From assembly GCA_963712115.1 (NCBI GenBank), contig CAVQGX010000022.1, positions 63,153 through 127,152 of the forward strand: DNA of 64,000 nt, written 5' to 3'. The number at the start of each line of letters is the position of its first letter. Within the stretch, counting starts at the first letter, position 1. The position numbers were made by a program, and so were the translations under genes. The stretch is from an uncultured delta proteobacterium (GTDB taxonomy: Bacteria > Desulfobacterota > Syntrophobacteria > BM002). This document shows, piece after piece, positions 1 to 10,903 of this stretch. Under the pieces are notes generated by a model. That model ran no database searches. It was not told the origin of the DNA and saw nothing but the letters and a program-made list of their open reading frames with translations.

Positions 1-152
1 ACAATTCTAGGCAACCAGCGAATCAAGATAGTGTTGAACCGCCATTGCAGAAAACGGCTGAGTCCAATTCTCCCCACAAGGTGCGCACATATTCGTTTCA
101 TACCATTTCCCCTTAATTACGCCCTGGTTGGAGTATTTTAGATTTTTTAGGT

Positions 153-2963
153 CTATCGCCGGAAGGCAATTACCTTCCTAGTCCCCCTTGACCTCCCACT
201 AGTGTCACTGTCTGTGTCTCCACCAATGTCAAGAATTTTTCTTACAGCATAAACCAGTTCTTCAGGCTTGAATGGCTTGTGCACCAACGGTGTTTGCCGA
301 TCTCCTGCTAGCAGTTGTGAGTCAGGTTCCCTGGCCCCGTAGCCACTGCAGATTAATATCTTTAAAGTAGAGTCAAGTTGCCTGAGCCTCTCTAAAGTCT
401 CTTTGCCACTCAGCTTGGGCATGAGGAGATCCAGGATTACCAGGTCAATCTCAGCTCTCTTATGGTGGAAGATCTCCAGTGCTTCCACCCCATCAGCAGC
501 CTCAATAACCTGGTAGCCGTAACCTCGCAAAATCTCAGTACCTAGATCCCTAACCATTGGCTCGTCGTCCACTAGCAAAATAGTCTCATTGCCTTCCAAG
601 CCAGGCTTCAACTGGCCCAGTGTTGGCTCTTGTTCTTTGCCACTGGCCACACGAAAGAAAAGATTGAACTCAGTGCCCTTTTCCTCTTCACTTTGCACCT
701 GTACGTAGCCGCGAGCGTTCTGAACGATACCGTAAACCATGGCCAACCCAAGACCTGAACCCTTTCCAACTTCTTTGGTGGTAAAAAATGGATCGAAAAT
801 CTTATCCAGATTTTCCTCTGGAATTCCACTTCCATCGTCAGCCACCCGAATGCGGATATACTTCCCCGGTTCTGCTGCCAAATCTTGGTAAGCAGAGGCA
901 AGGTCTCCATCTAAATCAACATCAGCTGTCGAAATCGATATTTTGCCGCCGTTAGGCATAGCATCACGAGCATTGAGGCAGAGATTGAGTATTGCCTGCT
1001 GCACCTGGGTAGCGTTTGCCGCTATAGGAGGTATGTGGGGGTTTAAATCAAGCTCCAGCACCACATCTTTACCGACTGAACTTTCGAGCAATCGGGCAGT
1101 CTCCCGAATAACGCGATTGGGATAAACTACCTGCAGGTCCTCAGGTTGGGTTCCGCGGCTGAATGCTAGCAGTTGTCTCACCAGATCGGCAGCCCTTAAG
1201 CTGGAACTTTCGATAATCTCAACAAAGCGCTGGGTTTCCGGCTCTTCTTGGAGTCGGTGTTTCAACAGGCTGGCGTAACCTAGAACTCCAGTGAGGATGT
1301 TATTGAAATCGTGGGCGATGCCTCCTGCCATGGTGCCGATGCTTTCCATCTTCTGTTGATGTAGAAGTTTGGTTTCCATCCGCTTCTTATCAGTGATGTC
1401 AGTAACCATGGCAAAGCTGCCCTTATAGCGATCCCCCTCAATAACGGGAACACTACTTATAATTGCTGAGACAAGCTTACCGTCATTACAGAGCATCTCG
1501 ATCTCTTCCTGAGCCACCAAACCTCTCATGTTTTGCACAAGAAGATTCAACAGTACCCTTTTCTTGTCAGAGGGTACGAGCTCATTTATATTTCGACCTA
1601 ACATCTCATCATAGCCAAGAATCGCGGACAGCCGCTGATTAGCAAAAGTGATGAGGCCATTTTCATCCACAACCCATATGCCCTCGTGGGCGTTTTCCAC
1701 GAGTTCACGGTACTGGCGTTCTGATTCTTCAAGTTTTCGGTATAGATTGGCGTTGTGGATGGCAATGGCTATTTGGTTGGAAAAGCTTATAAGAAAATCC
1801 TTCTCCGTTGAAATAACTTTACCGCCCGACTTTTCTTGGTCGCCAACTAGAACCCCCAAAACTTTGCCTCGGACCTTGAGGGGCAGAGCTATGAAGGCCT
1901 CTGGCTGAAATCGTTTGATTAGAGGGTTCTCTTTATTAATCTTCGAGGCGGCCACATCATCCACCAGTTCAGGCTCCCCGGTTTGAACCACCCGGGCCAA
2001 GATATTTGTGTCCTTTGTCAGGGGAACACTGTATGACCTCACATCTTCCACATAAGAAGGATTAGTACCCACCGCATGTGCGAAAAAAAGTTCTTCTCTT
2101 TCTTCGTCCACCAGAAAAATGGCCGCCCGATCCAAAACCGAGACATCGACCAACCCTTGGAGAATTAGGGTCAAAAGCTCATCGATGTCTAAGGTTGAGA
2201 GAATCGCTTTGCTAGCTTCCTGGAGACTAACAAGTCTGTCCAGTTGGGACTTGAGTTGAATGTTGAGCCCGCGAACTTCTGCGTATTTTTCCCGCAGAAG
2301 TTCTTTGTCCTGCTCCAACTCTTGAATGGTGGCCTTGGCTAGTCTCCAGGGAGCGATTACCTGTAGTAAAAGCCGTTTGATCGACGGCTTCCGCTTCCAA
2401 CTTAGATGATACTCACAGTAATCGTCGCCCTGGAAGTAACATTTGCGCTCCTCCAAGTGTAGGGGCGGTTCATTCCATACTACCGGAACCGCTGTGTATA
2501 CTCCCCGGTTCATTAAGCAAAAGTCGCGAGTCATGGGGATATCCCTGAACCACTTGAGACGGACCACAGCCCCATCCCGGTTGAGCTCCGCCAGTTCGAC
2601 CTCTTTGCTGCGGTTAAATTTGTCGTTGAGACTCTGAATTCTCCTGAGTGTACGAGCGTGGCTGCGGAAAGCGAAAAAGAGGACACGTTGAATATAGCCG
2701 AGTCGCTTTTTGGCCACGGACTCGAAGCCGATGTGGAAGACCACATCTTCCTTGCCAAGAAGCTCTTTAGTTCTCTCGTAAAGAAGAATTAGTATATCAC
2801 TGGAGACCCAATTGTTAGGGTCACAAAGAAACTCTTTGGAATTCGTCACCCCATCCAGTTGCTGACTCAACCCCTTGAGCAGAGGCTCTACGAGGGAAGG
2901 ATCGCGCTCCTCAACATAGTCAATGACGGCTTTGGTGTTTATACAGCTATTGTGTCTTTCCAT
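153..2963 (-). CDS. Hybrid sensor histidine kinase/response regulator (N-terminal V4R/HNOB-like region, GAF, PAS, HisKA, HATPase, REC)
   Basis: H-box [12 protein letters not shown]-box [11 protein letters not shown]-boxes [23 protein letters not shown], receiver ILLVDDE...DLLMP...KPF; N-terminal Cys pattern C..RG..C..C typical of V4R-like domains. Confidence 0.92.
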   Translation of the reverse strand: MERHNSCINTKAVIDYVEERDPSLVEPLLKGLSQQLDGVTNSKEFLCDPNNWVSSDILILLYERTKELLGKEDVVFHIGFESVAKKRLGYIQRVLFFAFRSHARTLRRIQSLNDKFNRSKEVELAELNRDGAVVRLKWFRDIPMTRDFCLMNRGVYTAVPVVWNEPPLHLEERKCYFQGDDYCEYHLSWKRKPSIKRLLLQVIAPWRLAKATIQELEQDKELLREKYAEVRGLNIQLKSQLDRLVSLQEASKAILSTLDIDELLTLILQGLVDVSVLDRAAIFLVDEEREELFFAHAVGTNPSYVEDVRSYSVPLTKDTNILARVVQTGEPELVDDVAASKINKENPLIKRFQPEAFIALPLKVRGKVLGVLVGDQEKSGGKVISTEKDFLISFSNQIAIAIHNANLYRKLEESERQYRELVENAHEGIWVVDENGLITFANQRLSAILGYDEMLGRNINELVPSDKKRVLLNLLVQNMRGLVAQEEIEMLCNDGKLVSAIISSVPVIEGDRYKGSFAMVTDITDKKRMETKLLHQQKMESIGTMAGGIAHDFNNILTGVLGYASLLKHRLQEEPETQRFVEIIESSSLRAADLVRQLLAFSRGTQPEDLQVVYPNRVIRETARLLESSVGKDVVLELDLNPHIPPIAANATQVQQAILNLCLNARDAMPNGGKISISTADVDLDGDLASAYQDLAAEPGKYIRIRVADDGSGIPEENLDKIFDPFFTTKEVGKGSGLGLAMVYGIVQNARGYVQVQSEEEKGTEFNLFFRVASGKEQEPTLGQLKPGLEGNETILLVDDEPMVRDLGTEILRGYGYQVIEAADGVEALEIFHHKRAEIDLVILDLLMPKLSGKETLERLRQLDSTLKILICSGYGAREPDSQLLAGDRQTPLVHKPFKPEELVYAVRKILDIGGDTDSDTSGRSRGTRKVIAFRR

Positions 2964-3147
2964 GGGCTATAAGCTCAGAAAACAAAAACCACATCGCCTT
3001 AGACGTACGATCTCGTCTCTCGTGGACTCAGTTGAATCCCGAGACCGGTAACCTAAAACGTGTGGTTGATTGGTGCGGGAGCGGATGGTTGGTCAGCGGA
3101 CCGGTAAGTCCGAAATACTTGCCCGCTGGCCTACATCTCTAGCCTCT

Positions 3148-3177
3148 CTTATACTTTTTATTGCCTTGAAATGTCAA
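3148..3177 (-). promoter_or_regulatory. Putative sigma70 promoter for the kinase gene
   Basis: Minus strand TTGACA-N18-TATAAG about 185 nt upstream of the ATG. Confidence 0.45.
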
Positions 3178-3205
3178 GAAAAAAAACAGTGTAAAAGACA
3201 AAAGC

Positions 3206-6200
3206 TCACTTTCCACCAAGCTTTTCGAACTGTTGGTCGAAGCGAGCTGTTACCAGACCTTCGAACTCCTTACCCAGGTGGCGACGGTTGCTAAGCAGTT
3301 CAGCCCGTACTTTTTTCCAGAGTCTTAATAGCTCTCCAGTATTGGTGCAGCTAAGAATTTTCCGGTGAATGGCCTCGAGTCTGGAACTGCGCAAGCGATC
3401 CCGGTTGAATTCAAACATGTCCTTTGCCAGTTGTATTTGTTCTTCTGAGAAACTGTTTTCTTGAGCCAGCACCATCAGTTCATCAAGGACACGCTCAATG
3501 CCGGCAAAGGTCCTTTGCTGTCGCATTTTTTTTTGGGCCTTGTGCATAGAACGTTCTATTAGTTCGTGTAAACGCTTATGGAAAGAGTCGCTGAGGATCT
3601 TTTGGTAGTCTTCCGTATGGTAAGGATGGTTTTTGAGTTTTTTTAACTGACGATGATAGAGGTGCTTAAGTCGTAAAATATCCTCCTCCCCCCTGATTTG
3701 TTTGAGAATGCCTTCAATCTCAAGACGATCTTGAAAAAGAACCTTTAATATCGCTTTGTCTGAATTGACCTGGAGAATAATCCCTAGCCTAGACCTATTG
3801 AGGCTGGAGAGCAACCGGCCGTCCTTGAATAAGCGATCAGCGGGCAGCTTGGCCAACTCTTCGGCAATGGCCTGGTAGCGTCGGTCAATGATTAGACTGA
3901 GGTCATGAAAATCGAGTACCCTGGGGTTGTCATTGTCAGGGCAAAACCGATCCAGAGCACGGAAGCCAAGAATCAACAGTTTTAGCCAGGTCCCAGGCTC
4001 CAAGTGTTGAGCTACGTATTCCAAGCCATAGATGCGGACAAAGTCGTGGGCGGGGCTAAGCTTGTCCAGCAACTGTTGCCTGATTTCCTCATCGAACCTG
4101 ATGAGCGCTTGGTAGACCACAATGGCTTGCTGAAGATCTTTTTCGAATTTAGCCAAGCCAGTGCTTTTTAAACCCTTCTTGTGGTAAATGAAGCTGACCG
4201 GCATATCCAAAATCTTCATTTGAATGTCGACGAAACTAATCTCAGGTATCCCAACGAGTCGGAAGAGTCGTTCAATGGCAGCTGCATCCTCTCCCTTGCG
4301 GAGGTGACCTTGCTCATCCTTTAAGCTATCCCAGTGGGAGAAAAGGGCAAACTGACTCTGACCTTTTTTCACTGTATCCATTTCAGGCAATAGACTCCTG
4401 CCCATTGCCCTGAACTCATTATCGATATAGGTTTGCCATGAAATCTCACCACGCATGATACTCAAGGCCAACTGTCGTAGATCTAAAAAGCGATCTAGTA
4501 AATCTTCAACCATAATGCCTTCACGATAAGCCGCAGCAGCAAGGACGGAGTGGAGGAAGAAGGCTTCAAACAGTAGCTCGTCACCACAAGAAGTGACCAG
4601 ATCTAAGGCTGGCAGGGCTACTTCTCCCTTAAGCACATGTCCCATTAATCCATGGACCTCCACGAGGAAATCCGTCAGTTTGCTTTTTTTATCGTCCATG
4701 CCAAGATGCTCAAGCAGATCGTGGCGCCTAAGGATTTCAGCTCCTGCCTCGCCGTGAATATTACTCTGGGAGAGAGATCTATACTCTTCCAGATACAATG
4801 GAAGTTTGCCAATCTCTTGGAAAATCAACGCTGCGCTTAGGGATTCCATCAATTCCGCACGAGTGTTGATGCGGTTAACGATCTCCTCTAGCATCTCAAT
4901 CTGTACATTGCTAATGCCGATGGACTCACCCGTCATTGCCCCAAATTGCTGTTGAGCAAGCTGGTAGAAGATCTCAATATTTTGCAGGGCTTCGCGATCC
5001 CCAGTGACAAGGGCTTGGAACTTCTTCAGGCAGCGCAGAACGTATCTGGGGATCGTCTCCCCAGAGTGAATTTTCTTGCTCGGTTTTATCTTATCAAGCT
5101 CCCAGAACTCGGTAAGGATGCGGCGGCCGATTGTGGGGCAATGTTCGTGGATTATCTCCAAGGTGTCAAAAACTCGGTCGGGGATCAGGAGCTTTTGGGC
5201 GAACAGTTTCTCGAGACGTGAACAGCAGCGGTCAATCTTGGCTTTCTGCCTGGCCAGGGAGTCAGTGCCAACGCCGGTTACCGGGATGAACCGCTGTAGA
5301 TGGTCGTGGTAGGTGTGTAATTCTCCAAAGAGTCGATCGGTCTCTCTTAGCTCTGATACAGCTATGTCAGGAATCAACTGGTCACGAGCCGACTGCAGGA
5401 TTAGTTCAACCTTTCTGAGGTTGTCCTCCACGTCAATGAAGACGACCTCGGTAGCCTGACTCACCGGATTGTGCCGCAGCTGAATACCACTGTCAAAGAT
5501 AAAGGCCGGTCGACCCTGAGACAACGTCTGTTGTATCCCAATCAGGTAGTCGAAATGAAGCTGCTCCGGTGCCAATGATTCCAGAGCCTTCTTTACCCTT
5601 GCCAGCCTTTCGTCGCTGTCCTGGTGCTCGTAGCTGATAAGCGGATTGAAGTTAATGACACTTCCCGGCGAACCACTTATGGTAATCCACAGGAGGATAA
5701 ATCCCGCCCGAGTACCAAGAATCGGAAAGATGTGACCTGTGCCGTGGAACTGGCAGTTAAGGAGTTTGCGAAAGAAGTATGGGCGGCTCAAAAGTTCACG
5801 TTCGTAGAAACGCTCCTTGAATTGATTAGTAATCCTAATAAGTTCTATAACTTGATCAATCTGCTCCAGTTTTTCCAGGCGATAGTCCGCCAGGGCTTCT
5901 TTTTGAAAAGGACCCTTCTTGGCAATATGGGTCCATGAGTCCAGGTACTCGAAAAGATTGAAGAGCTTCAGCATTTGGCGCACGGCCACATTCTGCGCCC
6001 CGCCCAAAGCTGCTATCTTCTGATCATGGAGAGTCTCCCACTCCAGGTGGGGATCAGCAGCTATCCAGATGGCCTCGTCATAGAGGCTGAAAAGCTCGCT
6101 TCCCTGTTCCTTGGTGAGTTTGTCGCCCAAAGATGCGGCAATTTCTGCCATGCTGATTAAGCGAATTGTTCGAAGAAGATCAGCCACTTCTTCGAGGCTC

Positions 6201-7924
6201 TTGCGCCTGGCCTGGTCAGTAATGGATTTCAGAGTTTTCTCCGGAAGCTTTCCAAAGGTGATTCGCCCCATAGTGGTATGGCCCACCACAATTAGATACA
6301 TCTCTCTAAGTAGCGCTGGCGATAAGCCCAGAAGTGACAGCTTTTCGATGTTTTCCAGAACCCTGGTGCTGGGTCCCTCCAACTCCGCAGGGTTGAGGAG
6401 GGATTTAAATCGGCTCAACTGGACGGACTTCTTCATCAGTTGCTTCATATGGTTAAAAGCGCGATAGCGGTTTTTGGGAGCTGCAAATGGATTGTGTAAA
6501 CGGTTTAGCTCAAGCTCGGACAAGCGGTCGAATGTCTTCTCGCGAATTTCCGCCAAATCTCGCAGAACCGTGAGAACATAGTTGAAAGTATTTTTATAGC
6601 CCGCAACCAGAGCCAGGGAACATCCGGCCATGCCACTTGCCCGCTCTTCTTGCTCCAATTGAGTCAACCGCACTACGGGTTCACGTTTGCGGCCAAGGTA
6701 GATCTGCAAATTGTCAGGGAGTTCTCCCTCGACTATGTAGTTTTTCTCCCAATTTTTCTTGAGTGATTGAGCGATTTTGCTGTGGGAGGTGATTTTCTCA
6801 AAGAAAGGATTGAGTACCAAGGCCCAGCGGGTTTCCAGATCAACGGGTTTGCTGCTAGAGATCTTCAAGTTTAGGCGAGGCAAGCGGTCAATTTCCTCTA
6901 AGGCAAGCTGCATGGGATCCTGTTCGCCAACTACTTTCTTCAAGTCCTTACGATAGACGAAGATACCGCTGAGGTAGTTATAGAAATCGGCAAGATGGAC
7001 TCGGAGGAGGCTGCCTCCCTTTCCGCGGTAGCTTTTTCTTGAACGGAAAACGTGAGTAAAAAGCAGGAAATTTCGCAAATCGGCTTGATCCCGAAATTCC
7101 ACCCAAACCTCTTGGTTAGTAGGGGGAAAGGGTTTGCTTGAAATAACGCAGAGCTCACCTCCTTTCCCGAGAAGATCATATATCTTCCCCGCCACATATG
7201 TGCCGTATGTTGCGAAGGTTTCCTGACTGAGGGTCGAGCCAGCCAATCCTTTGATTCCCATTGACAAGAGGAGATCATCCATGTCTTTCGGGATCACCAT
7301 GAGATCGAAAGGGCCGCTGATTTCAAGGAGCTTGTCAATGGAATCGATGACCACAAATTTCTGAGTAGGCATTCTGCCGGTAAGCTCGTGGACGAAGAGT
7401 TCGTTAGGGGCAGCTAGTAAGCCAATGTTGAGCCGTTCTTTCTTCTGCTGGTAAACTTGTTTAACAAGCACTCGCTCGATCTCGTCTACCTTGTCCTTTA
7501 TGTCTGCCAACGAATGGCTCACCCAGTTTATGGGAATGAGGAAGTAACGCTTACCCTCTTGGCTAAAACGCATCAGTAAACCTAGTTTGCGGTAGATGCT
7601 ATTGAGCCGGCGGTAATTCTTCCTCAGAGTTGCTGGGTCGCTGAAATCGAGTCCTTCCAGGAAGTCAAGCTCACTGCCCCCAAGCTTGTCCCGCTGTTCA
7701 ACTATACCCATACCATAGGCGTTACCGCCAAAGCGGCTGGCGAGAAAAGGAGGATGGTCTTTGGCCACGAAGGTGCCCACCGGCACATCCTGGGGATCAA
7801 TCCCCAAAGAAGCGAATTCCTCAGGGCGGACAATTTGGTAGGAGATATCAACGGTGCGAATCCGATCGGGCAGCGGCAGACCTGATGGTAAGCTAGTGGT
7901 GTGTGTTTCGCTCTTGGAGCTCAT
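3206..7924 (-). CDS. Large (1572 aa) hypothetical protein with two degenerate GlnD-like HD helical modules
   Basis: Long uninterrupted ORF; AALIFQEIGKLP...HGEAGAEIL...LVEVHGLMG resembles LxAxxHDIGK...H..GA...LV..HL.M of GlnD HD domains; function unknown. Confidence 0.85.
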   Translation of the reverse strand: MSSKSETHTTSLPSGLPLPDRIRTVDISYQIVRPEEFASLGIDPQDVPVGTFVAKDHPPFLASRFGGNAYGMGIVEQRDKLGGSELDFLEGLDFSDPATLRKNYRRLNSIYRKLGLLMRFSQEGKRYFLIPINWVSHSLADIKDKVDEIERVLVKQVYQQKKERLNIGLLAAPNELFVHELTGRMPTQKFVVIDSIDKLLEISGPFDLMVIPKDMDDLLLSMGIKGLAGSTLSQETFATYGTYVAGKIYDLLGKGGELCVISSKPFPPTNQEVWVEFRDQADLRNFLLFTHVFRSRKSYRGKGGSLLRVHLADFYNYLSGIFVYRKDLKKVVGEQDPMQLALEEIDRLPRLNLKISSSKPVDLETRWALVLNPFFEKITSHSKIAQSLKKNWEKNYIVEGELPDNLQIYLGRKREPVVRLTQLEQEERASGMAGCSLALVAGYKNTFNYVLTVLRDLAEIREKTFDRLSELELNRLHNPFAAPKNRYRAFNHMKQLMKKSVQLSRFKSLLNPAELEGPSTRVLENIEKLSLLGLSPALLREMYLIVVGHTTMGRITFGKLPEKTLKSITDQARRKSLEEVADLLRTIRLISMAEIAASLGDKLTKEQGSELFSLYDEAIWIAADPHLEWETLHDQKIAALGGAQNVAVRQMLKLFNLFEYLDSWTHIAKKGPFQKEALADYRLEKLEQIDQVIELIRITNQFKERFYERELLSRPYFFRKLLNCQFHGTGHIFPILGTRAGFILLWITISGSPGSVINFNPLISYEHQDSDERLARVKKALESLAPEQLHFDYLIGIQQTLSQGRPAFIFDSGIQLRHNPVSQATEVVFIDVEDNLRKVELILQSARDQLIPDIAVSELRETDRLFGELHTYHDHLQRFIPVTGVGTDSLARQKAKIDRCCSRLEKLFAQKLLIPDRVFDTLEIIHEHCPTIGRRILTEFWELDKIKPSKKIHSGETIPRYVLRCLKKFQALVTGDREALQNIEIFYQLAQQQFGAMTGESIGISNVQIEMLEEIVNRINTRAELMESLSAALIFQEIGKLPLYLEEYRSLSQSNIHGEAGAEILRRHDLLEHLGMDDKKSKLTDFLVEVHGLMGHVLKGEVALPALDLVTSCGDELLFEAFFLHSVLAAAAYREGIMVEDLLDRFLDLRQLALSIMRGEISWQTYIDNEFRAMGRSLLPEMDTVKKGQSQFALFSHWDSLKDEQGHLRKGEDAAAIERLFRLVGIPEISFVDIQMKILDMPVSFIYHKKGLKSTGLAKFEKDLQQAIVVYQALIRFDEEIRQQLLDKLSPAHDFVRIYGLEYVAQHLEPGTWLKLLILGFRALDRFCPDNDNPRVLDFHDLSLIIDRRYQAIAEELAKLPADRLFKDGRLLSSLNRSRLGIILQVNSDKAILKVLFQDRLEIEGILKQIRGEEDILRLKHLYHRQLKKLKNHPYHTEDYQKILSDSFHKRLHELIERSMHKAQKKMRQQRTFAGIERVLDELMVLAQENSFSEEQIQLAKDMFEFNRDRLRSSRLEAIHRKILSCTNTGELLRLWKKVRAELLSNRRHLGKEFEGLVTARFDQQFEKLGGK

Positions 7925-7994
7925 TTTTTAACCAGTTTGAAAAGCCAATTTTTTTACCAAGCGTTGAGTATCTGTTTGGTTTAATACCCTAGCC

Positions 7995-8203
7995 AAATCC
8001 GAAATCCGAATATCGAAATCCGAAACGAATCCAAATTCTCAAAATCCAAATTATCAAAACCTAAAACTTCTACGAAATTAGATGACCTGGATGAGTTCCA
8101 GTTTCACGGCACCCATTTCAAAATCTTGATTAACATCGTTTTGGTCATTGAAAAATTTGAATTTTGAATTTGTTTCGTGCTTCGTGCTTAGAATTTCGAA
8201 TTT
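7995..8203. repeat. Intergenic palindromic element built from 7-nt units (AAATCCG... / ...TTCGAATTT)
   Basis: Imperfectly complementary arms; resembles 26967-27100. Confidence 0.7.
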
Positions 8204-8235
8204 GAAGTGGCATATAAGAAAACAAAGCCCTAATT

Positions 8236-8886
8236 TTACCCTTGACGAACTTTCAAGGATTGCTTTCGGCCCAGGGCACGTTTAGCTTTGAGGCGGAGCA
8301 AGCCGGGACTCTTATGGAGATACATCAAAGGGCTGTCAAAGCCTCCATTAAGAAAAAAACCCTCGAACTCATCAAAGAGTATCGGCCGAGTTGGCCAGGT
8401 ATACATACGTTCTCGTCGACGAAATCCTGCCCATTGCGAGGCCAGACTTTCGCTGTTGGCCAGCACCGAGTTTTTGGCAGCGTCGCACAAGAACATCTCA
8501 CAGACGATGGGTTTACAGAGCCAAAGACAGCCATTCTCATTCAAATAAACACAATTGAACCCACCGGTGTCACGCTCAAGGATCTCCAATAATGTGTCGT
8601 TTTGTTTGTTAGTCGAAAGGAGCACATTGATCACCACATCGGCGAAAAAGGTGATAATACCTTCGCGACCACAACAACCGCTCGTGCGGCTGCTGAAGCA
8701 TTTCTGTGAACAAATATCAGAAAAATGTTCTTCTTGAAAGGAGTTGACAGCTTTTCTAAATTGCACATATGACTTGATTCTTTGTTTAAGCCAGCGCAGC
8801 TTTGAGGCTGGAAGATGCGAAAGGTACTGACGCACCATGAGGATTGCGTCCTTCTGCTGCTGATTGTATTCACTCATCTCAAACAT
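8236..8886 (-). CDS. Cys-rich hypothetical protein (YkgJ-like zinc/iron-cluster type)
   Basis: CxxxC...GCC and CVYL...GC..KPIVCEMFLC motifs. Confidence 0.75.
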   Translation of the reverse strand: MFEMSEYNQQQKDAILMVRQYLSHLPASKLRWLKQRIKSYVQFRKAVNSFQEEHFSDICSQKCFSSRTSGCCGREGIITFFADVVINVLLSTNKQNDTLLEILERDTGGFNCVYLNENGCLWLCKPIVCEMFLCDAAKNSVLANSESLASQWAGFRRRERMYTWPTRPILFDEFEGFFLNGGFDSPLMYLHKSPGLLRLKAKRALGRKQSLKVRQG

Positions 8887-8943
8887 CTGGTTTCTTAAAG
8901 GCGGTGACCTTATTTAGTGGGGCGCACCCACTTTACACCTTAT

Positions 8944-9041
8944 ACTAGGCACTAGGGACTATGCACTAAGCACCTAAAAGATTAATTTTGAGGTTATACT
9001 GGTAGTGCCTACTGCCTACTGCCTAGTGCATAGTGCCTAGT
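8944..9041. repeat. Mirror pair of 7-nt tandem repeats (CTAGGCA-type / TAGTGCC-type)
   Basis: ctaggca ctaggga ctatgca ctaagca ... tagtgcc tactgcc tactgcc tagtgca tagtgcc; same family at 31171-31406 and 34774-34836. Confidence 0.75.
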
Positions 9042-9043
9042 GA

Positions 9044-9532
9044 TTAGAGTTCATAGAGCTTTTCATCTTTCCGGGGTGGCCTCTTCTGCAAAGATGCCTT
9101 TTTTTGTCCTTGAAAAACCAAAGGATCTTCTTCCTCTAGCAAATCACCCATTTCTGCTTCAATCTGTTCTGGGTCTTCGCCGGCCTCCATTCTCCGCAAC
9201 GCCTCCTCCATGCCAGTGCCGAGCTCCAGGCCGGTCATATGAGTCAATTTTCGCATCAACTGGGCCGCCTGTTTTGGGTCGTCCTCATTAATACGCTCAG
9301 CTTCGCTAGCGAGAGCGGTCATGGCCTTCTCCAGTTTTGACTCATCAATGTCGGGGAGGCCATCGTCCTGATCCTCCTTGACGCCGCGAAGTACTGCAAA
9401 AGAGGACATCTGTCGCTCGAGTTTTAAACGATTGCACTTGGGACAGGGAGGTATCTTTTCAGTGTTGATTGTACGGGAGAAAAAGTTAAAAATGATGTGG
9501 CATTGCGGGCAATAGAATTCATAAATCGGCAT
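9044..9532 (-). CDS. FmdB-family zinc-ribbon regulatory protein
   Basis: MPIYEFYCxxC...CPKC..LERQMS signature; GGAGG RBS. Confidence 0.88.
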   Translation of the reverse strand: MPIYEFYCPQCHIIFNFFSRTINTEKIPPCPKCNRLKLERQMSSFAVLRGVKEDQDDGLPDIDESKLEKAMTALASEAERINEDDPKQAAQLMRKLTHMTGLELGTGMEEALRRMEAGEDPEQIEAEMGDLLEEEDPLVFQGQKKASLQKRPPRKDEKLYEL

Positions 9533-9643
9533 GATTAGTCACCTCCGGTTCGCTAAACCAAGATCCCAAAGAGTTTTACATCTTAGTTATCTGCAATTGT
9601 TAAAAAATTTCGACCCAAAAGTCAACGGTAACGAGTCAAAAGA

Positions 9644-9751
9644 TGGAGTAATGGAGCCATGGCCATTTCAAATTGCAGATTGTAGATTGCAGATTGCATC
9701 AATCTAAAATCTCGAATCTGAGATCAAAAATCGCTGAAACTCCAATACTCC
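9644..9751. repeat. ~108-bp dispersed repeat, copy 1
   Basis: Reverse complement aligns with few mismatches to 33015-33130. Confidence 0.8.
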
Positions 9752-9830
9752 GAGGATGCTGCATTGACTCGATGAACGATGTGGCTTAGGATAGCTCCTT
9801 CCGGTGGACATAAATTTACGCGAGGTTCAT

Positions 9831-10475
9831 ATGATCCGAATACCATTGGTTCTAGCAACGAGAAACGAGGGGAAAACTGAGGAGATAAGAGCACTGCTTG
9901 CCGAGTTCCCGGTGGACATCAAAAATCTTACTGAGTTTGGGCCCACGCCGGCAATCGAAGAAGATGGTGAGACCTTTGAAGACAACGCGGTCAAAAAAGC
10001 TCGCTTCATCGCGAAGATATTAGGCTTCCCTGCACTGGCCGACGATTCAGGCCTAATGGTGGAGGCCTTAGGAAACGGACCGGGAGTACGATCTGCTCGC
10101 TATGCGGGAGAAGAAGCCACGGATGAGGATAATAACGCCAAGCTGCTTAGAGAGCTTGAAAATACTGAAAATCGTAATGCTGCCTTCGCTTGTGTTATTG
10201 CGATTGCTGTACCTTGGGGGCCAGCTCTGATTTACGACGGGCGCTGCGAGGGTGTAATCGCCAACGAGCAGGTAGGCACCAAAGGCTTTGGCTATGACCC
10301 GGTATTTTACTATCCGCCGCTGCAAAAAACCTTCGCCCAACTCAGCACTGAGGAAAAAAATCAGGTAAGTCATCGGGGACAGGCTTTGCACCAGTTACGA
10401 GATGAATTTGACAAGGTGCTCATCTGGTTGCGGCAGAGGTTGGTAGATTCGGGTTGGCAGTGGTTAGAGGAGTAA
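9831..10475 (+). CDS. rdgB: XTP/dITP diphosphatase (HAM1 family)
   Basis: LATRNEGK, ADDSGL, GFGYDPVF, KNQVSHRG motifs; start placed at ATG 9831. Confidence 0.95.
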   Translation: MIRIPLVLATRNEGKTEEIRALLAEFPVDIKNLTEFGPTPAIEEDGETFEDNAVKKARFIAKILGFPALADDSGLMVEALGNGPGVRSARYAGEEATDEDNNAKLLRELENTENRNAAFACVIAIAVPWGPALIYDGRCEGVIANEQVGTKGFGYDPVFYYPPLQKTFAQLSTEEKNQVSHRGQALHQLRDEFDKVLIWLRQRLVDSGWQWLEE

Positions 10476-10509
10476 AAAAAGCCGACTCTCTTGCATGAGA
10501 GTCGGCTTT
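10474..10509 (-). terminator. Intrinsic terminator between convergent rdgB and hesB-like genes
   Basis: AAAGCCGACTCTC-TTGCAT-GAGAGTCGGCTTT perfect stem; T7 run follows on the minus strand. Confidence 0.85.
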
Positions 10510-10525
10510 CAAGGCTAGGAAAGAT

Positions 10526-10837
10526 CTAGCAACTACAAGAGCCGCAGTTGTCTGGTTTTGACAAGGTGGAAGTGATGGCAAAGCCAGAACAGTTTGAATC
10601 TTCTACGAAATCTACCTTGATGGGGCGAGCCTGATTAAAAAGGGCTGAATCGACAAGGTAGGTAACACCCTCAAGTTCGATTACCTGATCCTGTTCGTTT
10701 GGCTCATCCAGAGCCATTCCCAGAGAGGGTCCCCCTCAGCCAATTTGGGAAACAAAGATCCTAATGGCTGATTCGAGTTCGCGCTCTTCTAGGTACTCCT
10801 TCAATTTCTCTGTTGCCTTCTCAGTGACTTCAAGCAT
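10526..10837 (-). CDS. HesB/IscA-like selenoprotein (103 aa, Sec at residue 34)
   Basis: ATG 10837 reads MLEVTEKATEKLKEYLEERELESAIRIFVSQIG-TGA-GGPSLGMALDE...CGSCSC; the TGA (10736-10738) sits at the GC(x)G Cys of IscA/HesB proteins; SECIS-like hairpin downstream. Confidence 0.9.
10700..10716 (-). promoter_or_regulatory. SECIS-like hairpin of hesB-like gene
   Basis: UGGCUC-UGGAU-GAGCCA, loop begins 25 nt after the UGA. Confidence 0.65.
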
Positions 10838-10903
10838 GCTTGTATCCTCTCTTCATTTATTATCTTAAACTCTCACACCATGGCAAAATCTAAACGAGCC
10901 TAT

